Assembly (NCBI GenBank): GCA_964016885.1
Contig: OZ024759.1
Location: 7,626,001-7,690,000 of the forward strand
Direction of reading: 5' to 3'
Length of the DNA: 64,000 nt
From: Eledone cirrhosa
Lineage: Eukaryota
Below, piece after piece: positions 44,939-57,710 of this stretch (positions are counted from its first letter, which is position 1; each line of letters begins with the position of its first letter). The position numbers and the translations under genes are program-made. The notes under the pieces are model-generated. The model was given only the letters and a program-made list of their open reading frames with translations, was not told the DNA's origin and ran no database searches.

Positions 44939-46212
44939 CAGGGTGCGAACGATATTTGTTCGCAAGATTACTGTCTAGGAAAAAATAACACAGTAGTTTT
45001 ATTTTTTAAGGTTTATTTATCAAACTTGGGTCAGTTTGTCTTCATCACTTGTTCTTTCGATCTCACTCGATAAACCCACCATTGGCTTTGATGACAGCCT
45101 CAAGGCGGCCTCGGAACCGGCTACAGGCCTTCGTCACTGTCCCTCGACTTAGGCCCCTAAAGGCACTTGTGATCCTGGCCTTCAGATCGTCTTTCGTATT
45201 GCTGCTAGATCTGTTGGTGTCTCGTTCCATTGCGCCACACACAAAGAAGTCGAGGTGGGAGGCCAGATGTCAGATGAAGTTCTCTGACAGCCAGGCTTGG
45301 GTCTTTCAGCTGGTATGGCAGGGCGCTGAGTCTTGCTGCCACACGTATGGCCTACCTGCAGCTACCTGGTTGATCCAGGGCTTTACTACCTCATTCAGAA
45401 CGCGGATGTATCCATCGGTGTTCAGCTTGGGGCACTCAGGGAAGAAGTGAGGTGGCATGACGTCACCTTGACTGCTGACGACACCTAAGACCAATGTTGT
45501 CACTGGAAACTTTGTTTGCATGACTCTGGGCATGTCTTTGGATGAGACAGCGAACCACCTGTTGTTCTGGGAGTTGATCTTCTGGTCTTGGCAGAAGTTT
45601 TTCTCGTTGGAGAAAAACGACAGTATGTCTGGCTGCAGTGGGTGTTTCAACTTGTTGATCAGCTTCTTTGCGTGCTTCAGTCGCTTTTCTTGCATCGCCT
45701 TTGACAGAAATTGTCCCTTCCTCATCTTGTATGAAACGTAGCGAATGTTTTCATATACCACCAGCCTAATGAGCTTTTCATCCATGCCTTTCTCCCTTGC
45801 AATGGCACGCATCGACTTGCTAGGTTCATTGTTGATGATATCCTGAACTTCAGCGATGAACTCGGGCGTTTTGAAGGCGTCAGATCGTCGATCATGTGTT
45901 TTCCTCTCTGATGTTGCTTCGTAGTCGAATCCTGAATTTTCCAATTCCTTTCTGACCTTTTCCACCATTCTCCTGCTGACGCTGAGAAAGTCTAAAATTT
46001 CCTTATTTGTCCTCCCGGCGCGGATTCCAAGAAGAACTCCGTGTCCCTTCCTCAAATTTGGAGGTTCAAAATTATTCATAATCAATTATTCTGAAAATAA
46101 ATAATGGAAATATAGTCACTGTTTTTATGAAGACAAGAGTGACAACGGAAGTAAAAAAAATTTGCATAAAATTAGCATTTGAAAATTGCGAACAAATATC
46201 GCCCACACCCTG
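44939..46212 (-). mobile_element. Tc1/mariner DNA transposon (DD37D/maT-like) with ~27-bp TIRs
   Basis: Left cagggtgcgaacgatatttgttcgcaa; right ttgcgaacaaatatcgcccacaccctg followed by TA. Confidence 0.9.
45306..46085 (-). pseudogene. Mariner-family transposase, disrupted
   Basis: FFSNEKNF (first D changed to N), VMQTKFP, WQQDSAPCHTS then a stop; the C-terminus continues degenerate to about 45065. Confidence 0.85.
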
Positions 46213-46225
46213 TATATATCCATCC

Positions 46226-46262
<37 letters not shown>

Positions 46263-46263
46263 C

Positions 46264-46300
<37 letters not shown>

Positions 46301-46429
46301 CATACATACATACATATATATATACAGGAATTCCCCCCCCCCTCCACTCCAGTGCAAAGATACCACACGCTCTCTCAAGTCAGCAGGGGGGGGGGGGGTT
46401 TAAGGTGCTCTGATGTTGGGTTTGAATAG

Positions 46430-47651
46430 TTTTTAGGGTTCCCCAGTTCAGCAGCCAGTACGTTAAAGAAAATTGATAGTTACAACAATAAAAGCTGAAC
46501 AGAGAACACATTTTTTAACAAACAATAATTTGTACAACCATAATGGAAATTCCAAGTAACAGAAAATATTTAAATTACATTGTTAGAGCCTCAGAGTATA
46601 CAATATTTTTTGTTCGGCCCTCCGGAGCAAAGATGAAGAGATTGTTTGGCGAGCTCATCCTAGAGCATCCTACATACAATTGACCATGGGAGAATCACTG
46701 ATTTCATAGCTCGTCTCACGGAGAAGCTCTGTAGACGTTGACCTCTGGACACTCCTGTTAGGAGCAGGTAAGCTGTAGTGGCTTAGAGGCCTACCACCAA
46801 TCTCCAGGACACTGTTTTCAAGACAAATGAGCGCCTCACTGAAAACTACATCGTATGTTACGTTTGGATTGTGTCTGCGTGTGCGGTGGAGGATGTCCTC
46901 AGCTAGACTTTCGCAGTGGTTGTTCCACAGTGCGAGAGGGTCGGCGATATCGCAGTTGTGCAGCATAATAGCAAAAAGTTTTCGCAGCTGAGAAGGGACT
47001 TTAGCTATTTAGCAGGGTGAGGTGTCAATGGCTGTCATTGTGTAACATACCACGCATCTGGCAAGCCTAACAGTAAGTGGAACATTGATGGCCATTGATG
47101 GTTCTCAGATCTTGGAAAGACTGTGGTCCTCTAACCTCGAACAGTAACAATGACGATAAGCCGTCTGTGCTTTCGTGAAATAAATAGGTTTTTGTTTTTG
47201 TCTATGCAAAAATATCTGTACACGAATATATATATTAAAATAACAGATTAAAGTTTAAGCAAAGAATCGCTGCTTTTACCCTTAACTAAATAAATCAGTC
47301 TGTGAACGCAGAAGTAAATATTTCGAAAAACGTTATCTAATGCAGACAGTCAGTCATACAGAGACATATTATAAGGGCTCTACATTATAGCTATGTATCT
47401 ATCTAAAAAGACAGACTAAGAAAAAGAGGGGAATGTTGTGCGACGTCATAAGAAAAAGTGAGGAATGTCGTATAACCGGAAGTGTTGACATTTGAAATTT
47501 GAAAGAAGTAAATATTTAAATAATGTCTTTAATCGTTTAACAAAATTCAGTAGACAGAAATACTCTCATTTTTTTCCTTGGAAATTTGGTGCTGTTTGGT
47601 CCAGTCGTTTGGTGAAAAGTTTGTTACCTACATACAGCTGTCAGCTTTATA

Positions 47652-47655
<4 letters not shown>
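46430..47655 (-). mobile_element. Internally deleted Helitron
   Basis: RGPQSFQDLRTING, LRKLFAIML..DPLALW..LAEDIL, then SHGQLYVGCSR...TKNIVYSEAL* (Pif1-type helicase C-terminus); 5' end TATACTATAAAGCTGA; 3' boundary approximate. Confidence 0.8.
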
Positions 47656-47722
<67 letters not shown>

Positions 47723-48590
47723 TATATATATAGATACACACACATATATATATATATATATGTACATATATATATAGATACACACACACATATATATATA
47801 TATATATGTACATATATATATAGATACACACACATATATATATACATATATATGTACATATATATAGATACACACACATATATATATACATATATATGTA
47901 CATATATATAGATACACACACATATATATATACATATATATAGATACACACACATATATATATACATATATATATGCATACATATATATATATATACATA
48001 TATATATGCATACATATATATACATACATATATATATGCATACATATATATACATACATATATATATGCATACATATATATACATATATATATATACTTA
48101 CATATATATACATATATATATATACTTACATATATATACATATATATACTTACATATATATACATACATATATCATTCATTAATAAATTGCTCCGAAGAA
48201 TCCAAACCTCGGTTTGGAGGAAACAGTTGTAAGCACAAAAATGTTTTGAATAGTTCTTTGATTCTTATATTTCATATATTTCATATAAACATACATATAT
48301 ATATGCATACATATATATACATATATATATATACATACATATATATATATGCATACATATATATATATATATGCATACATATATATATATGCATACATAT
48401 ATGTGCATACATATATGTGCATACATATATATGCATACATATATATACATATATATATATGCATACATATATATACATATATATATATGCATACATATAT
48501 ATATATGCATACATATATATATATGCATACATATATATACATATATACATATATCTATATACATATATATATATATACATATGTATATAC
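47656..48590. repeat. (TA)n/(TACA)n microsatellite interrupted by a ~120-bp island
   Basis: Read directly. Confidence 0.9.
48189..48235 (+). ncRNA. Hammerhead motif with a U4C core change
   Basis: tgct CCGAAGA a tccaaacc tc ggtttgga g GAAAC AGTT GTA agca. Confidence 0.62.
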
Positions 48591-48591
48591 A

Positions 48592-48755
48592 TGTAGGTAA
48601 CACGGTAAAAACCTCCCAGTCCACACTGTAAACGTGGTTGGTGTTAGGAAGGGCATCCAGCCGTAGAAAACCCGCCAGACAGTCCTATACGAGCAAGACA
48701 ATCAATCTTGCCTCAAGTGGGAAAATTCCCGTCCAAACCCATGCAAGCGTGGAAG
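48592..48755 (+). mobile_element. RTE family A 3' UTR fragment
   Basis: Matches 41515-41680. Confidence 0.8.
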
Positions 48756-48759
48756 AAAC

Positions 48760-49850
48760 ACACGCACCAGTTGCTTTCACTTCAATTTATTATAATAAAT
48801 TTATAAATTTCCGGTTGGTTGGTTGGTTCCACAACCAGATGATTGTTTATATATTGTCAAAGTTCTTTCGTCACACAATCTGTGACCTCTTCAGTGACTG
48901 GGGATTCTTTTCTTTGTTTTTGTGCCTCTCGTTTGTTCTGTCCTACGCCATCTTGTTTTTGTGTGTGTGTTGTGTGCTTAGTTTACGCATGTGTTACATC
49001 CGGGTGTCTGTGTGTGTTTATATTCGTTTATTTATTTGTTTATTTACATGTTACTGGTTGGTTGTTTGTTCTATGTGTGTGTTTTCATTTTGTCCTTAAT
49101 TGTAAGTTGTGATGTTGCTGTTCCATTCATGTTTTCTATTTAATTTTGGTTGGAGTTCATTTATGTTTATTGCCTCTGTGATTTGTCTAAACATTGTGTC
49201 TTTTCTGTGTGTAGATTCTATTTTTATTTCTATGTTCTCTAATTTACCCTTATGTTCTATTTTAGCATGTTGGTAGAGTACAGATGATTCTTTACTATCT
49301 TGAAGGTCTCGCCAGTGTTCATTTATCCGTTCCCCTATACTACGAGCTGTCTCACCTATGTACACTATATTTTTATCTCTACATTGTCCTTCAGTACATC
49401 TTACGCTATATACTACATTTCTAGTTTTACAGTTAATATGGGGCTTAATTTACAGATTATACATTTCTTATCTATACAAGGAGGTCTTTGAAAAGGGTAT
49501 GTCTTGCTAATAAGTGTTTTTATGGAGGTACCTGGTCTTTCTACTATCTTAATATTGAGTTTATGTTTATCTAGGGCCCTTCTAAATTTGTAAGCTAATT
49601 CACCTCTAGGGGTTGTATTGATGAACATTACACTCTGGTATTTATTGCTATCATACCATGAGTTTATTCTATTAGCCTTATTCCTAGTTCTTTCTATTCT
49701 ATTCCAAAATTTGCTCCTATACAAGGGGCAGGTCCCATTTGTGTCATTATTTACCATTTTTTCCCATTTGGTTCTGGCTCCTCTATATACTCTGATTTTA
49801 TCTCTCTGATTGTAATCAGAGAACTGCATACGGTGGATGAAGTGTTGTAT
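48760..49850 (-). mobile_element. Penelope-like element 3' part (Nematis-like linker, GIY-YIG, pLTR)
   Basis: CPLYRSKFW..TTPRGELA..VERPG..CIDKKCIIC (49413-49829); YIGETARSIGERINEH..EAINI..LN (49096-49365); clade assigned from recall. Confidence 0.85.
48856..48898 (-). ncRNA. Minimal hammerhead in the pLTR of the Penelope-like element
   Basis: gtca CTGAAGA g gtcaca gattg tgtgac GAAA GAA CTT tgac, about 200 nt 3' of the GIY-YIG stop. Confidence 0.75.
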
Positions 49851-49859
49851 AAGCAGAGC

Positions 49860-50770
49860 TGTTACAAGTGGAATGAATACAAAGGAGTATAAACCGTTAA
49901 AACATGTTTATATAACTATGCACCTACATACGTTTCGCCCAAAAAGGGCTTCTCAAGGGCATAGAAAACAAAAAAATGATCAGTACACGACCCAGAAGGG
50001 GTTTTAAGGTTAAATTTACATCAGAGTTCATTCTTCGTTTAAGTACATATGTTGTTTTTGCCACAGAGAAAGGGGAGTAACTCCGGCCGGTGCTTGAATA
50101 ATCGCCCCCCACTGCTTTTTTACCCGTCCACATGATGGTGTTTTGCATTGTTATTTTGTGGGTGCTGCTTTACTATTGCCGGTTCGAGCCGGGTCTGGGA
50201 TTCATATTTAGTTCACAGATGTTTGTTTGCACCGCCTGCCCTCCACAGTGTTATGGTTTGGGCAGGGGGACCCAATTTATAGTTTTCATGCCACAGTCGG
50301 TTCCCACCCAAAATAAGACATCTGCAGTTTATGACCAATTTGGCTCTGCTGTTTATGAGTTCAAGGAGTGTTCTTATGATATAGTAAAGCTCCATGAGGC
50401 AAAGCTCGCACTTCCTCTTGAAATTGTAGGGTGCAGCCCTACCGACAATATCCCAGTATGTGGAGAAGCTGATGTTGGCATCTTTTAATGTAGTGACGTA
50501 ATTGGCAAGTGACGTGGAGTGTCTTAGTTTTTTGTTCCGGAAAGAGTGGAGATGTGTTCTAAATCTCGTTTTGAACTGGCCAGAGGTGGCCCCTATATAG
50601 TGTTTAACTCTATTATGGCTAGTTATGGTGCACCTATAAATAACATTATCAGTCAGGCAGTTTCCCCTGAGAGGGCAGCTTCCCCTGTCACGACAGTTGC
50701 ATTTTCTGTCACGGTCGCTCCTAGTTCCTGAAGTAAAGCTATTACTATTGCTTTCTAGGATATTCTTCAT
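49860..50770 (-). mobile_element. Second Penelope-like fragment (Hydra-group-like GIY-YIG) with a degenerate hammerhead at 49920-49963
   Basis: CNCRDRGSCPLRGNCL..NVIYRC..YIGAT..FKTRF..H..SF..CELCLMEL..LINSR; clade assigned from recall. Confidence 0.8.
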
Positions 50771-51745
50771 CGTCAGTGGAGTTGCTAAGGCCCGCTTACA
50801 TGTTTTTAAGAGAACTGCTGGGAATCCATCCGGTCCAGCAGCCGAGTCTGTTCTAATTTCATCAATGGCGTATACCACATCCTCCTCCATTCTGTGGTTG
50901 ATGGTCGCCATTTCTTCATGGAGTGTTGTGGCATCAAAGAACTCTTCTGGCTTTGTTATTTGCATGTGCCTCAGTGGACATGTGAACACACTTTTGTACT
51001 GTTCATTCAGTATTTCACATATCTCTTGGGGATTCTTGGTTAATGAACCGTCTTTATGGAAGAGTGGCCCAATCTTGCAGTGTACCGAGGCAGTTTCTTT
51101 TGCAAATTTAAAGAAGGCCTTAGGGTTTGTTTTAATATTTTCTATGGCCCTGCTTTCTTTCTTTGCCCTCTCATTTTCATGGGAAAGTTTGAGTGCAATC
51201 TCGGTGCCAAGTAGTGCACGTTTCAAATAGGATTCCTTCTTGTTGAGCATTCAACTGGTTTGAGAGTTTGGTTTTACGTCTCATAAGGATTTTCCTATCT
51301 CTGGGAATAAGATTTTTGTGTCTGTTGGCCTTTTTCTCCGGGACAAACTTTTGGTATATAGTGTGTATCGTTGTCATGAAGTGTTGAAATTGTGTGTTAT
51401 TGTCTTGTGTGGCGGTGTTTTCACTCCATGTTTGCTTCCGGATTTCTCTCTTGATATTTTTCCAGTTAGCCTTGTAGAAGTTAAGGCTGGATAACACCCC
51501 GGAGCTTCTTGATGGTTTTGTCTCTGTTGGTTCTCTTGGACCACATATCATTAGCTCTACTAAGTTATGATCCGAGAGAATTGTTGGTGTCACCTTTACA
51601 TTGTGGATGAGCACTTTGTTGTTTGTAAAACAGAGGTCTAGGACATTCTCGCCTCTTGTTGGGAGGAGTATTGCTTGTTCCATGAACAGCCTGTATGTGA
51701 GGGCCAGCAGGGATTCCGTCTGTCTCTGTTCTATTGACGTCATTC
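50771..51745 (-). mobile_element. Fragment of the same CR1-group LINE as 18545-20955 (end of APE to start of RT)
   Basis: [29 protein letters not shown]; closely matches 20131-20955. Confidence 0.88.
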
Positions 51746-52087
51746 CAGGGAGGAGGTGACAAAATGCTGCTTAACAGCAAAATTGAACAGTCAGCTTTCT
51801 GTAGGCATAAAGCAGCTACTAAATTCGCTAATTTCAAACCAACTTGATTTGACCCAACAATTCCATAATTCAAATTGTATCACCTGAGTCTATTATAATA
51901 ACCCATTATTATTATTATTAACTGTTAATAAATCAACTAATCAATGAATCAACATCATAACCTCCTAACTTTTCTTTCTTTCACTCTCTTTCCCTAAATC
52001 TATTTCACCTCTTACATTATATCCTATCGTACTCTCTTCACTTCTAACATAACTTCCAATTTATTAATTTATTAATTTAACCAATTT

Positions 52088-52145
<58 letters not shown>

Positions 52146-52811
52146 GTATATGTTTCATATTTTCATGTTTATGCCATCACATCTTTATATTTAACCACCA
52201 ACACCATAACTATTTTCAACAATCATATTATGTTCACTTCTCTTCACACACACACACATACACATACATTTATTTATTTATTTTTATCATCTTCATTCTA
52301 ACTTATTTATTATTTTTTCTTTTCCTTTTTCTTTTTCTTTTTTTATATATATATATATATATCTTTTTCTCTATCTTTTTCTTTTTTTCTTTTTCTTTCT
52401 TTATTACTGATGTTGTGATTTGAATTTTCATAGTACATTACAAATGCCGTGTATAATTTTAAACAGTTTTTCTGATGATTTTTGAGTGACACAACTTCAA
52501 GTGATTAGCAATTTTAGACAACTTAATCAATGAAACAATTGTTAATACTGTAAATAAATTGTTAATTGTAAATAAAACCCTTTTTGTACTGTTCACCATG
52601 TTATTCTTCACTCTTTCACTATCATTACTCCAAGTATAACCTGCATAGGTACTCCCAAGAACTCGCAGCCTAACTAAGGAAACCCCTTGTTGAGTCAAAC
52701 AACGGCGTACACTAAAACTATCCCCAATACAGAGTATTCACAACCTCTAACTGGATTACCTATAACGATAATTTGTTATCCCATATATACATGTATATAT
52801 ATATATATATA

Positions 52812-53287
52812 TACAGACGCTCTTTTCCTTGTTCGACAACTACAGGTGAAGTACCTATCTAAAAGTAAACCCCTCTACTTAGCTTTTGTAGATCTGGAGA
52901 AGGCATTTGACAGAATCCCCTGCTCCATTATCTGGTGGGCTCTTAGAAAACTAGGAGTAGATGAATGGCTTGTGAGAACTATACAAGCTATGTTTAAAGA
53001 AACAGTCAGCAAGGTTAGAATTAATAATGAATATAGTGAAGAGTTTAGCGTAAAAGTTGGTGTTCATCAAGGCTCTGTCCTTAACCCCCTACTATTTATT
53101 ATTGCCCTTCAGACTATAACAGAGGAGTTTATGACCAGCTGCCCATGGGAACTTCTATACGCAGATGATCTAACGCTCATAGCTGAATCTATCGCTTAAC
53201 TAGAGAAAAAATTGCAAACATCGAAGCATGGCCTAGAATATCAAAAGGCCTGAAAGTTAACTTGTGTAAGACTAAAGTTCTAGTATG
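52812..53287 (+). mobile_element. RTE family A internal RT fragment
   Basis: LYLAFVDLEKAFDR, GVHQGSVL, LYADD. Confidence 0.87.
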
Positions 53288-53299
53288 TATGTATATACA

Positions 53300-53715
53300 C
53301 TCGCCCCACCTCCACCACGTTCGGTATACATGCCCGACGCTGTATGCTAACCACTCCCTCGTGAATATATCATAGAACAGACAAGGGGTGGTGGCTCCGT
53401 AAACTGTAGTGTAGGCAACCCGTCTAGAAGAGCTACCACTCCGAATAAATTGGTGCGGGGTAGAGAAGTCCCCTAAGTCCAGTAAGACAACTTCCCTAGT
53501 GCTGGTGGCATGAATAAAAGCACCAAGTCCATGCTGTAAAATGGAGGGGTGGATAGGGCCCCTGAGTCCAGTAAGACAACCTCTCTAGTGCAGGTGGCAC
53601 AAATAAAAGCACCTGGTCCATGCTGTAAAGTGGTGCTGGTGTTAGGAAGGGCATCCAACCAGTGTATATATTAATGCCAAAAAACTATGAGCACAACAAT
53701 TGAGGATGATGATGA
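53300..53715 (+). mobile_element. SINE-like retroposon with duplicated internal block and (GAT)n tail
   Basis: Two copies of agtccagtaagacaac..gtggca..aaaagcacc; GTTAGGAAGGGCATCC motif. Confidence 0.6.
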
Positions 53716-53759
53716 TATATATGTATATATCTATCTAGTGTGGGTAAAATTCCCGAGAT

Positions 53760-53801
<42 letters not shown>

Positions 53802-53841
53802 GATATTAAACAAATGGAAACTATATTTATAAAACCATATT

Positions 53842-53907
53842 TATTTCATTATACATATTTCAGGGATACCATATTAAAAATATGGCATGCCTTCTTCAGA
53901 TAAAATA
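53842..53907 (-). ncRNA. Type I hammerhead motif in the left arm of inverted repeat 53797-54041
   Basis: tattttat CTGAAGA aggcatgccatatt ttt aatatggtatccct GAAA TATGT ATA atgaaata. Confidence 0.72.
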
Positions 53908-54123
53908 CAATACAATATATAAACAGTTTTATAAATAATTTTGACGTACCATAAATATTGAGCAACCGTTATATAGGAAGCCGGTTTGGTAAAATAAATA
54001 TGGTTTTATAAATATAGTCTCCATTTGTTTAATATCGTATATCTACTCCAAAACTTGTTGAGTGCTTTATATCAGTTATAAAATATTTACTTGTTGTAAC
54101 CCAACAATTTTAAATAAAACTTT

Positions 54124-54227
<104 letters not shown>

Positions 54228-54253
54228 TTATATATATATTATATATATTATAT

Positions 54254-54284
<31 letters not shown>

Positions 54285-54305
54285 TATATATTTATATATA
54301 TATTA

Positions 54306-54372
<67 letters not shown>

Positions 54373-54373
<1 letters not shown>

Positions 54374-54715
54374 GCACATGGCTCAGTGGTTAGAGCATTT
54401 GGCTTGCAATCGAAAGGTTGTGAGTTCAATTCTCAGACCGGGTGATGTGTTGTTTCCTTGAGCAAGACACTTTATTTCACATTGCTGCAGTTTACTCAGC
54501 TGTAGAAATGAGATGATAGGACTGGGGTCCCTATCATTCCACTGCAAAGTGGTCGTGGAGGTGCCACGGCAATAAAGCACCCACCACTCACTGTAAATGA
54601 GGTTGGTGTTAGGAAGAGCATCTAGCTGTAGAAATCAAGCCAGAATCTGTTCCCGTCCCACACTTGCTAGCAGGGGAAAAGCGGACGTAAAATGAAATGA
54701 TGAAATGATAATGAT
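54373..54715 (+). mobile_element. tRNA-derived SINE with RTE-B tail
   Basis: Matches 34401-34726. Confidence 0.9.
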
Positions 54716-54728
54716 ATGTATATATATA

Positions 54729-55921
54729 TCATCATCAACGTTTAACGTCCGTGTTCCACGCTTGCATGGGTTTGGACGGGGGTTTTCCCACTTGAGGCAA
54801 GAGTGATTGTCTTGCTCGCATAGGACTGTCTGGCAGGTTTTCTACAGTTGGATGCCCTTCCTAACACCAACCACATTTACAGTGTGGGCTGGGAGGTTTT
54901 TACCGTGTTGCCTACACGGCCACATTACAGCGTGGACTGTGTGTTTTTTTGTCGTGACACCTACACGATCTCATTTGTTTCGGCCTGGATGGTGTGGCAC
55001 CAACATAACTTTACATAGAAGTTAGAGATGCCTACTGACTGTAGTAGGTTTTACTATGTATTTGGGTAAGGCGGGTCTTCTCTATTACTGAGTACCGCCA
55101 AAGGTCTCGGTCCAGTGACATTGTCTTGGAGAGGTGTAAGTGTGTGAGATCGGAGTTTATCAGCTCGTCCCAGGTTTTTCTAGGTCTGCCTATTCCGTGG
55201 CTACCATCTATCTTTATTGCCCTGCACTTTGTTATACAGCTATCGACTTTCATGCGCATCACGTGTCCATACCAACGCAGCCTTCTCTCGAGTAAACAAC
55301 ATCTGATCCCTCTTATTTCTAATTTTTTCCTTAGTTCGTTTATGCTTTGCCGTTCACTTATATTACTATTACACATCCAGCGGAGCATGCAAGCTTCATT
55401 CCTCTCTAGTCTGCGTATATCCTCTGCACACAATGCCCAGGTCTCACTGCCATGCAACATTGCTGTTCGTATGCAGGCATCATACAACCTGCCTTTCATT
55501 TTTAGGGAGAACCCTTTAGCGGCTAATAGTGGTATAATATCTCTGAACTTTTTCCATCCAGTTCTGACTCTAGTACTGTACTTTCAGAGCACCCTCCCCC
55601 ACTGCTGATTTTGTCACCCAGGTAACGGAAGCTGTCCACTATTTCTATAGAGCCCTCTGCGCAGTTGAAAGAGCTAGTATTTTGTGGGCACTTGCTGCTA
55701 CTTATTGCACCAGAGCACCGGCCACATGTAAAATCTATGTTCTTAGTTAGCTTACCTGTGATCCCACTACATCTTTTATGCACCCATACTTTGCATTTGG
55801 GACATAAAATGGAGTTTCTACCTACGCCTTTCCTACACACTGAGCATGGCCATTTCCTGGAAGGGACCGCCGCCTTATTTTCTTTCCTACAAAATAGAAC
55901 TTTAGTCTTAGCCAGGTTAAT
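54729..55921 (-). mobile_element. RTE family A 3' fragment
   Basis: ORFs 55523-55840 and 55032-55499, plus 3' UTR. Confidence 0.9.
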
Positions 55922-55944
55922 TTAATATATATATATATATGTAT

Positions 55945-56242
55945 ATCATCATCATCATCATGTTACGTCCACTTTTCCCTGCTTGCAAGGGTGGGACAGG
56001 AACTGATTCTGGCTTGATTTCTACAGCTGGGTGCTTTTTTGCCGTGGCACCTCCACGACCACTTTGCAGTGGAATGATAGGGACCCCAGTCCCTATCATT
56101 TCATTTCTACAGCTGAGTAAACTGGAGCAATGTGAAATAAAGTGTCTTGCTGAAGGAAACAACACATCACCCGGTCTGAGAATTGAACTCACAACCTTTC
56201 GATTGCAAGGCCAAAGCTCTAACCACTAAGCCATGTGCCTCC
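55945..56242 (-). mobile_element. tRNA-derived SINE with RTE-B tail and an internal deletion
   Basis: Inverse of 34401-34726. Confidence 0.9.
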
Positions 56243-56461
56243 ATATATATCTATATTGGTAAAAGGAAAAGAAAATGTTGACAAATTGTTCCCAGTGAAA
56301 AAAAGTTTAATTAGGAATAAGTAAAATTTATTAATAGTATTGGTTAGTATTCAGTTTTGGTTTTAAGTTTTACCGGTTGCGCATTTCTATTGCTTTTCAA
56401 AAATAATTTTGAGATAGAGCGCCCGTGATGTTTGCTCTAATCTGTTACACCTGTAATCTTT

Positions 56462-56497
<36 letters not shown>

Positions 56498-56650
56498 AAA
56501 TGTAAACAGAAATAACAACACAATCGGTACAGTATATGGAAGGTATATATTAGGTTAATGCTTGATATAGCAGGAAGAGGGTCACACACACATATATATA
56601 CACATACATATACACACACATATACATATGCACACATATATATAAATGTA

Positions 56651-56699
<49 letters not shown>

Positions 56700-56703
56700 G
56701 CGC

Positions 56704-56746
<43 letters not shown>

Positions 56747-56828
56747 GGAAAAATTTGAACAGGAACAAAACAGAGGCAGTACAACAAATGTTTATTAATT
56801 TCACGCTCTGGAGAGTGGGGTATGTATA

Positions 56829-56883
<55 letters not shown>

Positions 56884-57015
56884 GTATACACACACACAAC
56901 ATATGACTCTGTACTTTGATTGATTGGCAGCTGTCTTGTGACATGCTTTATATTCTCACAATAAAACTTTTTTCAGTCCATGACACATGATCGACAAAGG
57001 GAAAAATAATTAAAA

Positions 57016-57380
57016 CGTGCTCCGTTGGATGTGCAATGTCAATGTGCGTGAACGACCAAGCATAGACGAGTTGAGAAAGAAACTGGGTATAAGAGGTCAT
57101 AAGTTGTGGTGTGCGGGAGAGAAGATTGAGATGGTATGGACATGTGATGTGCATGGAGGATGACCGATGGGTGAAGAAGTGCCAGGAAGTCCCAGTAGAA
57201 GGAGAACGCAGTAGAGGTAGACCACGAAAAACATGGGCGGAGGTGGTGAGAGCAGACCTTAGATGGCTGAAACTCACCGAGGAGATGACGAAGGACCGTG
57301 ACGGGTGGAGATATGTTCTGCTGAATAGGACCCGTCCCACCCTTGCAAGCAGGGTAAAGGGGACGTAAGATGATGATGAT
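57016..57380 (+). mobile_element. RTE family B 3' fragment
   Basis: RERRLRWYGHV..GRPRKTW; matches 43783-44148. Confidence 0.9.
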
Positions 57381-57710
57381 ATATATATATATATATAAAC
57401 ACTTTAATCCTTTAGTATTTACATAACTCTATATTTACTACTATATTTTCATGGTAAAGTTATTACCTCACATAGTATCAAATCTATGAGATTTTGATAT
57501 TATTTATTTTGAGAACAATACCTTAACATCAGTATGAGCAGCTGGTCACAGCCGGTTTAAACAGAAAGAGGTAAGAGAATTCTGGCTGGGTACTTCTTCT
57601 TCGCCCACTTATTCCTGAGAGGGTCGTGGGAGCTGAGTCCTCAAACACCCTCTGATTGGATCCTCAAGTGTGACCAGCCAAGCTTATGGATGTTATCCAA
57701 CCTTCTTGCT

